Part shown: one piece after another, positions 1 through 6,712 of the stretch | Numbering within the stretch: the stretch's first letter is position 1 | How the letters are laid out: every line of letters begins with the position of its first letter | NCBI GenBank assembly: GCA_020348985.1 | Contig: CP070761.1 | Location: 222,855-233,956, forward strand | Direction: 5' to 3' | DNA length: 11,102 bases | DNA from: Candidatus Thorarchaeota archaeon | GTDB lineage: Archaea; Asgardarchaeota; Thorarchaeia; Thorarchaeales; Thorarchaeaceae | Made by a program: the position numbers and the translations under genes | The notes under the pieces: model-generated | The model's database searches: none | Told to the model about the DNA's origin: nothing | The model's input: the letters and a program-made list of their open reading frames with translations, nothing else

Positions 1-147
1 TTTGATTTCAAGAAATACAATTTCGCAGTGAGAGCGCTGGTCAAGAGCATTATGAAAAGACAACTTGAGCCAGGTGAAGAACTCCCTGAAAGAATCGATT
101 TCCGAGATTGGGACAAAATAAGAGAGTGGACAGTCAATCTCTTCTGA
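1..147 (+). CDS. Flavodoxin-fold (HemG-like / Flavodoxin_5) protein, 3' end only
   Basis: Frame 1 is open from the window edge: FDFKKYNFAVRALVKSIMKRQLEPGEELPERIDFRDWDKIREWTVNLF*. The C-terminal 'DFRDWDxIREW' is typical of this family. Not in the ORF track because it is partial. Confidence 0.75.
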   Translation, partial: FDFKKYNFAVRALVKSIMKRQLEPGEELPERIDFRDWDKIREWTVNLF

Positions 148-159
148 TAGCATCCTCAC

Positions 160-738
160 CTAGTCTGTGGATGATTCGCCAATCACTGTGCCCGACGGAT
201 ACTTCTCCATGAATTCATCGCGAAGTATATCCATATACAACAGTCCAATGTGTTTCCCGTCCACAAGCTCGGTCTCTCGGAGAATGCCGACTCTCTTGAA
301 TCCCGCTTCTTCAAAAATATGGATCGCAATCAGATTATCTTCCATTGTATCTAGATTGATACTGTGAAAACCAAGAACATGAAAGCCTATCCAGAGCATG
401 ACCCGTACAGCATCTTTGCCATATCCCTTCGACCTATGCTGAGAGTCATAGATGGAAACGCTTAGTCTTGCTCTATTGTGTGCACTCTTTACTCCGAAGA
501 ATCTGGCTACTCCCAAAAACTCGTCATTCTTCTTGTCGACAATCACGAAGTAGACCATTCCATTCTTCCAAGGATTAGCCAAACTCGCTTTCTCAATCCA
601 GGTCTCCATCAGGCGACGAGATTTTGGAACGGGTACACCAGTCTGCCTACGAAGCTCCCAGTTATTGTAGTGTTTCATAATGTCATCAAGATCTGACACT
701 TCAAGAGCACGCAGACAGACAGAATCTCCAGAGTACAT
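160..738 (-). CDS. GNAT family N-acetyltransferase, RimJ/RimL type
   Basis: Motifs 'VCLRALEVSDL', 'HRSKGYGKDAV' (acetyl-CoA motif A) and 'NLIAIHIFEEAGFKRVGILRE'. The start is placed at ATG 738 (MYSGDSV...) because the longer track ORF overlaps the divergent SH3 gene. A TATA-like TTTATG (minus strand, 762-767) lies about 25 nt upstream. Confidence 0.88.
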   Translation of the reverse strand: MYSGDSVCLRALEVSDLDDIMKHYNNWELRRQTGVPVPKSRRLMETWIEKASLANPWKNGMVYFVIVDKKNDEFLGVARFFGVKSAHNRARLSVSIYDSQHRSKGYGKDAVRVMLWIGFHVLGFHSINLDTMEDNLIAIHIFEEAGFKRVGILRETELVDGKHIGLLYMDILRDEFMEKYPSGTVIGESSTD

Positions 739-835
739 AATGAAGCAAAGGTTGTCTGACACATAAACATCGTTATCCAGATTTGAATATCCAAGAGAGT
801 TATTATCACCAAAGGCATTAGCACATTTGAGAGGA

Positions 836-1213
836 ATGAGAATCGCAAGAGTTGCTAAGAAACACGAAAGTGAAAACCCTACACCACTTGTCGCCAAAAA
901 GGACGATGTTCTGAACGGAGAAGAAAAGGAGACCGAGTGGGAGGGGTGGATCTATTGCACAAATGAGGCAGGAGTAAATGGTTGGGTACCGAAGGCTTAT
1001 CTCAAACCTTTCGACGAAACTGGAAACTTCCAACTCCTGCAGGATTACTCTTCAAGAGAACTTTCAGTCGAGTCTGGGCAAGAAGTAATCGTCCTGCTTG
1101 AAGAGAGTGAGTGGGTCTGGGTTAGGAATCCCAATGGTGACGAAGGTTGGATCCCAAAGAGGAACCTTGTAGATGTCGAGGGGCAGCCCAGCTCCATTCC
1201 AGATTTATCTTAG
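836..1213 (+). CDS. Tandem SH3-domain protein (variant SH3 / SH3_2-like)
   Basis: Two repeats of W-x(8-11)-GWxP-xx-[YN]L: 'WEGWIYCTNEAGVNGWVPKAYL' and 'DYSSRELSVESGQEVIVLLEESEWVWVRNPNGDEGWIPKRNL'. ATG 836 is preferred over TTG 827. Confidence 0.85.
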   Translation: MRIARVAKKHESENPTPLVAKKDDVLNGEEKETEWEGWIYCTNEAGVNGWVPKAYLKPFDETGNFQLLQDYSSRELSVESGQEVIVLLEESEWVWVRNPNGDEGWIPKRNLVDVEGQPSSIPDLS

Positions 1214-1290
1214 ACATTCCAAGTCTAGTCAATACCTATCACGGCTTGACACGTCCGTTTTTTGACGAAACGGTGGTTTCGGCTTGAGTC

Positions 1291-1968
1291 ATGATTCAAA
1301 TGACCCAGAACACGGGTCAGCTGACAAAGAACCGAAGCTATCGCAAAAAAATAGAGCCGAGGGTCCTTGGCTTCAAGGAAGACTGGGCCGTTGCCCCTTA
1401 CATTGTATTCCTCATCGGTTTCATGGCATCAATCATTGATTTCGCAATGCTTCAGATGATAGTCTTTCAACTGGCTTGGGTGATTGTCGGCATTGTTCTG
1501 ATGGCCTTTGGTCGTGCTATGAGGAGCCTACCTCGAAGGACTCTAGCCAAGGTCGGCTTTGAAAGTATATGGAAGACGTCCTACCTACAGATTGTTGAGA
1601 TTCATAGATTGGTAACAGATGGCTACCATAAGCACATTCGTCATCCTGTCTACCTTGGTGAAATAGGACGCGTCCTCGGATGGGCTGTTGCTCTGTCAAG
1701 TCTTTATGGAATAGCATTCATGATTATCGGTTTTGTCTTCCTCATCATCCGAATAGAAATGGAGGAAAGAATGCTCACAGAAGCTTTTGGAAGCGAATTT
1801 GAAGAGTACAAGAGCCGAACAAAGAAACTGATTCCGTTTCTATACAAAAACTGTGCCAGAAATCTATGTTTGAAGCACTGGTCAATGAGCCTTGTCGAAA
1901 CCGTTTTAAGCATCCCTCAGAGTGGCAGCCAAGTCTGTCCCCTTCCAGAGGACAGCATAGAAGAATAA
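1291..1968 (+). CDS. Isoprenylcysteine carboxylmethyltransferase (ICMT/Ste14/PEMT) family membrane methyltransferase
   Basis: Several hydrophobic helices plus 'HRLVTDGYHKHIRHPVYLG' and 'EERMLTEAFGSEFEEYKSRTKKLIPFLY'. It has an atypical 40-aa tail after IPFLY. The start is uncertain (1291 or 1300). Confidence 0.85.
   Translation: MIQMTQNTGQLTKNRSYRKKIEPRVLGFKEDWAVAPYIVFLIGFMASIIDFAMLQMIVFQLAWVIVGIVLMAFGRAMRSLPRRTLAKVGFESIWKTSYLQIVEIHRLVTDGYHKHIRHPVYLGEIGRVLGWAVALSSLYGIAFMIIGFVFLIIRIEMEERMLTEAFGSEFEEYKSRTKKLIPFLYKNCARNLCLKHWSMSLVETVLSIPQSGSQVCPLPEDSIEE
1896..1910 (+). promoter_or_regulatory. Putative BRE/TATA promoter of EF-1alpha
   Basis: cgaaa-ccg-TTTTAAG: a purine-rich BRE followed by a TATA-like box, about 85 nt upstream of the EF-1alpha start. 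Confidence 0.5.
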
Positions 1969-1992
1969 CACATAGACGTGGTGAAACTTCAA

Positions 1993-3294
1993 TTGAGTAA
2001 GAAAGAGAAGGAGCACCTGAACATGGTAGTGATCGGCCACGTCGACCACGGTAAATCCACGATGACTGGCCGGCTACTATACGAAACAGGTGCCGTAGAT
2101 GAGCGAACCTTCCAGCAACACAAGGAAGAAGCTGAAAAACTAGGACGCCCCTCATGGGCATGGGCTTTCGCTCTAGACAGACTGAAAGAAGAACGTGAAA
2201 GAGGCCTTACTATCGATATCGCCTTCTTCAAGTTCCTTACAGACAGGTACTACTATACGATTATCGATGCTCCAGGTCACAAAGACTTCATCAAAAACAT
2301 GATCACAGGAGCCTCTCAGGCAGACGTAGCCCTGCTTGTTGTATCAGCCAAGCGTGGTGAGTTTGAGGCCGGAGTTGGTCCTGGTGGTCAGACAAAGGAA
2401 CACGCGTATCTTGCTATGACTCTTGGTGTTCCAAGCATGATTGTCTGTATTAACAAGATGGATGACGAGAGCGTCAAGTACAGCAAGGACCGCTACGATG
2501 AGGTCAAGGAGGAAGTCGGTGGTTTCTTGAAGAGCATTGGATTCAAGACCGACAACATGCCCTTCATCCCAACTTCAGCACTTGATGCTGCTAACCTCAA
2601 GGAAAAGACTCCTGACTTCACACCTTGGTACGATGGTCCATCACTTCTAGAAGCACTTGATCTGGTTGAGCTTCCACCCAAGCCAGTCGACAAGCCACTC
2701 AGAGTTCCGATTAACGACGTCTACTCGATCAAGGGAGTCGGAACTGTCCCAGTTGGCCGTGTTGAGACTGGAATCATGAAGCCAGGTATGGAAGTCACAT
2801 TCATGCCTCCTGGCAAGACTGGAGAAGTCAAATCCATCGAGATGCACCATGAGCAACTTGCACAGGCAGTTCCCGGAGACAACATCGGTTTCAATATCCG
2901 AGGTATTGAACGAAAGGATCTTGGCCGAGGCGATGTTGCAGGTCCGAAAGACAAGCCTCCAACAGTTGCAGCTGATTATACAGGTCAAATCATGGTCATC
3001 CAGCACCCATCAGCGATCACAGTGGGCTACACACCAGTGATTCACGCCCATACTGCTCAGGTGGCTTGCAGATTCGACCAAATCATGCAAAAGATTGACC
3101 AGAGAAGCGGCCAGGTTATCGAGGAGAACCCTGATTTCGTTAAGAAGGGTGAGAGCATGGTTGCGAAACTTGTTCCACTCAAGCCCATGTGTATTGAGTC
3201 GTACAAGGAGTTCCCGCAGCTCGGTCGATTTGCTGTCCGTGACATGGGCATGACTGTTGCAGTCGGTGTCGTGACTGGCGTCACTAAGAAATAG
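1993..3294 (+). CDS. tuf: Translation elongation factor EF-1alpha (aEF1A)
   Basis: G1 GHVDHGKST, 'ERERGLTID', G3 DAPGH, G4 NKMD, '[13 protein letters not shown]', 'GDNIGFN', '[10 protein letters not shown]'. The start is placed at TTG 1993 ([10 protein letters not shown]) with SD-like GGTGA at 1980-1984. The track start GTG 1978 is in the same frame. Confidence 0.98.
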   Translation: MSKKEKEHLNMVVIGHVDHGKSTMTGRLLYETGAVDERTFQQHKEEAEKLGRPSWAWAFALDRLKEERERGLTIDIAFFKFLTDRYYYTIIDAPGHKDFIKNMITGASQADVALLVVSAKRGEFEAGVGPGGQTKEHAYLAMTLGVPSMIVCINKMDDESVKYSKDRYDEVKEEVGGFLKSIGFKTDNMPFIPTSALDAANLKEKTPDFTPWYDGPSLLEALDLVELPPKPVDKPLRVPINDVYSIKGVGTVPVGRVETGIMKPGMEVTFMPPGKTGEVKSIEMHHEQLAQAVPGDNIGFNIRGIERKDLGRGDVAGPKDKPPTVAADYTGQIMVIQHPSAITVGYTPVIHAHTAQVACRFDQIMQKIDQRSGQVIEENPDFVKKGESMVAKLVPLKPMCIESYKEFPQLGRFAVRDMGMTVAVGVVTGVTKK

Positions 3295-3306
3295 TATCAA
3301 TTCATC

Positions 3307-3343
3307 GAAGCGGGTCGCAAGACCCGCGTTCCATTCTCTTTTT
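3307..3343 (+). terminator. Stem-loop plus T-tract terminator after EF-1alpha
   Basis: GCGGGTC-GCAA-GACCCGC (3310-3327; 7-bp stem, GNRA loop), followed by a pyrimidine tract ending in TTTTT (3339-3343). Confidence 0.7.
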
Positions 3344-3404
3344 CATGTATACCCAAATCATACTAGTTCTAGGGTCTTAATAGGTCCGGGCTAGACTCCA
3401 ATCC

Positions 3405-3965
3405 ATGCCAAGACCCTCTCTTCGATTGGTCACTTCACCCCCTAAGCCAAACAATCAGGCTCAGCTCTATGTCGGTGTCACAGATGAGAAGCTGTGGGAA
3501 CTCGTAAACGATTCCTCAATACATTTACTGCTCAGAGAACCTGCATTACGTGAGCTTGCAGATAGAAGAGCCCTAGGAATCATGATTCATTGTGATGAGA
3601 TGCTTGAGTCCAATGAAGTCGATGAGTGGTTCGCAGCAGTGCGCACATTAGGACAGCTTCGTACAGAAGACTCGGTCGAGCGATTGATCAGATTATACGC
3701 ACAGACAAATCTTAGAAACAGAAGAGTTGTTACGTGCGCTTTGGCTCGGAATCTAACAGCAGACCATATTCACCCCTTCAGTATTATGGTCAGAGAGCTC
3801 GCTGAGCCTGGAGTCCTTGATGTCACTGGATGGACTCTGGTTGCAATCGGGACTCTGAAGCATGTCTGTAAAAGGTTTGATATTCTTGTCGATGACTCAT
3901 CATTGGAGATTGCTGTACAGAACGAGTTTCTTGGTCTTGTTGAAAGCGGAATTGTAGAAAGATAG
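3405..3965 (+). CDS. Hypothetical protein with HEAT-repeat-like helices
   Basis: 186-aa ORF with HEAT/PBS-like segments 'LREPALRELA', 'EWFAAVRTLGQLRTEDSVERLIRLY' and 'RRVVTCALAR'. TATA-like TCTTAATA at 3375-3382 fits a leaderless start. Confidence 0.65.
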   Translation: MPRPSLRLVTSPPKPNNQAQLYVGVTDEKLWELVNDSSIHLLLREPALRELADRRALGIMIHCDEMLESNEVDEWFAAVRTLGQLRTEDSVERLIRLYAQTNLRNRRVVTCALARNLTADHIHPFSIMVRELAEPGVLDVTGWTLVAIGTLKHVCKRFDILVDDSSLEIAVQNEFLGLVESGIVER

Positions 3966-4062
3966 TTGAAGCTGCAAATTAACACTATTGGTTCAATCCT
4001 ACATGAACACTTGCGAAGGAGTCTTATTTGGAGACATTGAAGGCAGCATGGTTGGATGAAAG

Positions 4063-4479
4063 ATGATGGATGACCGATATCCTGCATATCATGATGAAGA
4101 GCCTACTTCTCCATCTCCTTTGAGATGGATTGCACTACCTCTTATCATCATACTAGGATCACTAACAGCCTACATTATCATGTTTGGATTTCCAGCTGAT
4201 CTAGCAACACCACTATTCATAGTCTCAATTCCAATGATTGTATTAGCATTATTCGCAGGTTGTCGATGGGCACAAGGTCGGAGCATGGGTCTCTCTACGG
4301 AGCATGATGAGGAGATATTCGAAGGCATGCGAAGACATGCACTTCCTGCAGACAGAGTGGGATTGGACACGATAAGGTGCACAGACTGTGGTCATTCGTT
4401 TGAGCTTGTCAACGCGAAGCCAGTTGATGACAAGGTTGTTCTATGCCCTTTCTGTGATGCTAGACTGTACATCGAATAG
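4063..4479 (+). CDS. Membrane protein with two TM helices and a C-terminal zinc ribbon
   Basis: Hydrophobic segments 'WIALPLIIILGSLTAYIIMFGF' and 'LFIVSIPMIVLALFAGC'. C-terminal CTDC-x18-CPFC. Confidence 0.75.
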   Translation: MMDDRYPAYHDEEPTSPSPLRWIALPLIIILGSLTAYIIMFGFPADLATPLFIVSIPMIVLALFAGCRWAQGRSMGLSTEHDEEIFEGMRRHALPADRVGLDTIRCTDCGHSFELVNAKPVDDKVVLCPFCDARLYIE

Positions 4480-4492
4480 CAAGTCTAATTGG

Positions 4493-4527
4493 AGAAATGG
4501 TGGCGCTGAGGGAGAGATTTGAACTCT
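4493..4527 (-). repeat. Duplicated 3' end of tRNA-Ser (att-like direct repeat, distal copy)
   Basis: agaaatgGtggcgctgagggagagatttgaactct matches 8175-8209 at 34/35 positions; the 27-bp core 4501-4527 is identical to 8183-8209. Confidence 0.95.
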
Positions 4528-4629
4528 TTTCTTCAAACAGTGTCCACCGAGGCATAACCATCCAACTCACTTTGCCAAATGGATTGAAAACATACCTTAG
4601 TGCTAATGGGTCCCAGACCAGCCATGAAT

Positions 4630-4860
4630 TCAGGCTTTCGTTATTCTAGAAGCGAAGAGAAAATCTGAGTTTTCATACATCTTGTATTCCACAACAACCC
4701 AGTCACCGATTTTCATGGACTCGACAGATTCAGCTGATTCAATCTTCAATTCCACCTTTTCGTGCCCATGAGTCTTGATTGTTACATAGCCGTATGACGC
4801 CCCTGTAGTGGGGTATCTCACAATGTGTAATCCAACAATTTCTCCCTTCATCTCAGGCAC
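4630..4860 (-). CDS. Small hypothetical protein, probable OB-fold
   Basis: 76 aa with a beta-rich pattern ('MKGEIVGLHIV', 'YGYVTIKT', 'MKIGDWVVVEY', 'LFASRITK'). GTG start preceded by SD-like AGGTGGTGGG. Confidence 0.7.
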   Translation of the reverse strand: MPEMKGEIVGLHIVRYPTTGASYGYVTIKTHGHEKVELKIESAESVESMKIGDWVVVEYKMYENSDFLFASRITKA

Positions 4861-4958
4861 CTAATCCCACCACCTTTTCCTCCACCAATGAAATAAGGGA
4901 ATCAGGGGAAGTCACCAAGTTTATTTCACGATTTCTCACATATCCTACGAAACACAAT

Positions 4959-5057
4959 TCATTCTCGACCGAAGAGACCTCGATGACTAATCATATCCAA
5001 CGTACGCTCAATATCATCTTGCCATCTGACTTCTCCAATACCTGCTATTCTTGTCAA
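4959..5057 (-). pseudogene. N-terminal remnant of an asparagine synthetase B-like (class II amidotransferase fold) gene
   Basis: The TTG at 5057 overlaps the TGA of the upstream gene (TTGA). It reads MTRIAGIGEVRWQDDIERTLDMISHRGLFGRE*, resembling the AsnB N-terminus 'MCGIAGI...ML..I.HRGPDG'. It stops after 32 codons. Confidence 0.6.
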
Positions 5058-6712
5058 TCCTTAGTACTCATACTACTCAAAATCACACCTAGTCCGAGTT
5101 TCTCGAGTCTTGTAATCTCATCTATGGGTTCATCCGCATCTTCGTCTATTGCCAAGCATGCACCGTTGACCAAGCGAGTTTCGATTTCGCCTTTCGCAAC
5201 TGGGTTCGACCTAAGGTGAGGGGCATCTAGAAGTCCAATCCGAACAGCGTCGATATATGCGGTCGGATCTGTCAGAGGGTCCCGATTTCTATCCGAGCTC
5301 AGTGTTGCTATCGCACGAATGAGTATCCTAGATTCCTGAACTAAATTCTCTTTCCGCTTTTTGACTTCCTTATCTTGAAGTGGATCAGGAGAGCCCAACA
5401 AACAGTTATGGATTACACGATGAGCAATCTTACAACTCTCGATTACTTCTTCAGATGTAGCAGCATGATCAGCCTCACAGAAACCAACTACGTGGACAAT
5501 ATGGGGCTTTAGCAGCATTCCAGTGGAAATTGAAACCGCTAACTGTCCTTTTCCAAGGTGAGGGTCTGGAGGATAAGAGAAGAGTCCCGGCCTGATCTGT
5601 CTGACAGAATTGAACCGATGATCATGCAATGATTCAATGAGCTCAATCTTTGCCAGCATTTTCGCCAAATCCATCTTCGGAGAGGTCCCAAGAGGAGTAT
5701 TGAGCATGTATTGAGCAACATAGTGATGAACGCCAGCAGCTTTCGCATTATAGGCAGATAAGTAGGCCATTGCAACTGCGATTGTGTCATGCGCACCTCG
5801 CAAGCTCCAATGATGTGCTTCATTTACTTCGACTGGAATGTTCCGAATAGCATGCCACTCATAGTTTACCTGATTCTCCTTAATGGCAGTTTCCAAAGAC
5901 CTGTTGCTTCTTCCATCGAGTTCGCTGTACCAAAGCAAAGGAGTCGCACACCAAGCGTTGTTGACAGTATCCTTGAGCATTTGTGCCCATCCTAGAAGGT
6001 CGCGTGTTCCACTGTAACATCTCAAAAGTGGATGGTTGCCCCTGCGTGATGCCTTGAACAACCTACGAAGGTCGTCAGCTTTTCTTAACGGAACTCCTCC
6101 ATCACCACGAAGATTTTCCGATATCTCTGAAGGCCGAAAGAATGATTCCTGTGCACTTTGGTCAGGGCCTATCGAGATCACATCCAGTACGGAAGCTTCT
6201 GCAATTTGCTCGACTCCTTTGATTGTATCTTCCACTGAGGGAAGGCCAAAGTGATGCCGGATGATTGGTATCGGACTCTTGACCATGATTCTTGCTATCA
6301 ATTCCTGGGGATGTCTTTCTGCTGCTTGAATGCGTGTACGACCTCTGAGAAAGGCAAGTGTATCTTCGTCAGTTGACAATCCCGTGAATATCTCTTCAAA
6401 TAGGCCAACCTCTTCAGCAATTGATTTGATTGGGGCAGTACAACCCAAAACCCATCTTTTCTTCTCCAATCCGTGTTCCAGAGCCTTGTCTCTAAGTTCT
6501 TGAAGTAGGTGTGTTGCACTCTCCAGTGAGAGCCGATAACTCACTCCAACGACATCTGGGTCTTGTTCCTTGACTTTTCTTATCAGGTGGTCCACTGATA
6601 CTGCTGGTCCGAGGAATACTGTGTCATGACCGTCGGCTTCAGCCAGAGAGAGAAATCGGAACACACCGGCAACGTGCACACAGTTTCCAATTGCAGCCCC
6701 AAGTATCTTCAA
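5054..6712 (-). CDS. Cobalamin-binding domain fused to a TIM-barrel; glutamate-mutase-like (S+E fusion) enzyme of unknown substrate
   Basis: N-terminal B12-binding domain 'GAAIGNCVHVAG...VFLG...DVVGVSYRL...WVLGCT'. The C-terminal ~400 aa have GlmE-like segments 'PLLRCYSGTRD', 'HVVGFCEADHAAT' and 'AVRIGLLDAP'. TTG start with SD GAGGTG (6721-6726), overlapping the upstream stop. Confidence 0.8.
   Translation of the reverse strand: MKILGAAIGNCVHVAGVFRFLSLAEADGHDTVFLGPAVSVDHLIRKVKEQDPDVVGVSYRLSLESATHLLQELRDKALEHGLEKKRWVLGCTAPIKSIAEEVGLFEEIFTGLSTDEDTLAFLRGRTRIQAAERHPQELIARIMVKSPIPIIRHHFGLPSVEDTIKGVEQIAEASVLDVISIGPDQSAQESFFRPSEISENLRGDGGVPLRKADDLRRLFKASRRGNHPLLRCYSGTRDLLGWAQMLKDTVNNAWCATPLLWYSELDGRSNRSLETAIKENQVNYEWHAIRNIPVEVNEAHHWSLRGAHDTIAVAMAYLSAYNAKAAGVHHYVAQYMLNTPLGTSPKMDLAKMLAKIELIESLHDHRFNSVRQIRPGLFSYPPDPHLGKGQLAVSISTGMLLKPHIVHVVGFCEADHAATSEEVIESCKIAHRVIHNCLLGSPDPLQDKEVKKRKENLVQESRILIRAIATLSSDRNRDPLTDPTAYIDAVRIGLLDAPHLRSNPVAKGEIETRLVNGACLAIDEDADEPIDEITRLEKLGLGVILSSMSTKD

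Noticed and set aside
739-897. 53-aa signal-peptide-like N-terminal extension of the GNAT in the ORF track
   Set aside because: It overlaps the divergent SH3 gene and the intergenic promoter region. The GNAT domain starts cleanly at ATG 738.
1291-1968. ICMT as evidence of eukaryote-like CaaX prenylation
   Set aside because: The family is widespread in prokaryotes, and no CaaX substrate or prenyltransferase is present in the window.
1775-3300. Multiple antisense or alternate-frame ORFs over EF-1alpha, and similar ones over the other genes
   Set aside because: They are shadow ORFs caused by the codon bias of real genes and have no recognisable motifs.
3301-3335. SECIS element (GAA followed by a GC stem)
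   Set aside because: EF-1alpha has no in-frame UGA, and the pattern lacks the opposing A (archaeal type) or AUGA/GA quartet (eukaryote-like type). A terminator or stabiliser hairpin is the simpler reading.
3405-4130. PxxP motifs (PPKP, PTSP) in nearby proteins as ligands of the SH3 protein
   Set aside because: Neither has the class I or class II basic flanking residue, and PxxP is common by chance.
5054-6712. Methionine synthase, B12-radical SAM, or true glutamate mutase annotation
   Set aside because: There are no homocysteine, pterin or cap domains and no CxxxCxxC. The glutamate-binding residues of GlmE do not appear conserved, so no gene symbol was assigned.
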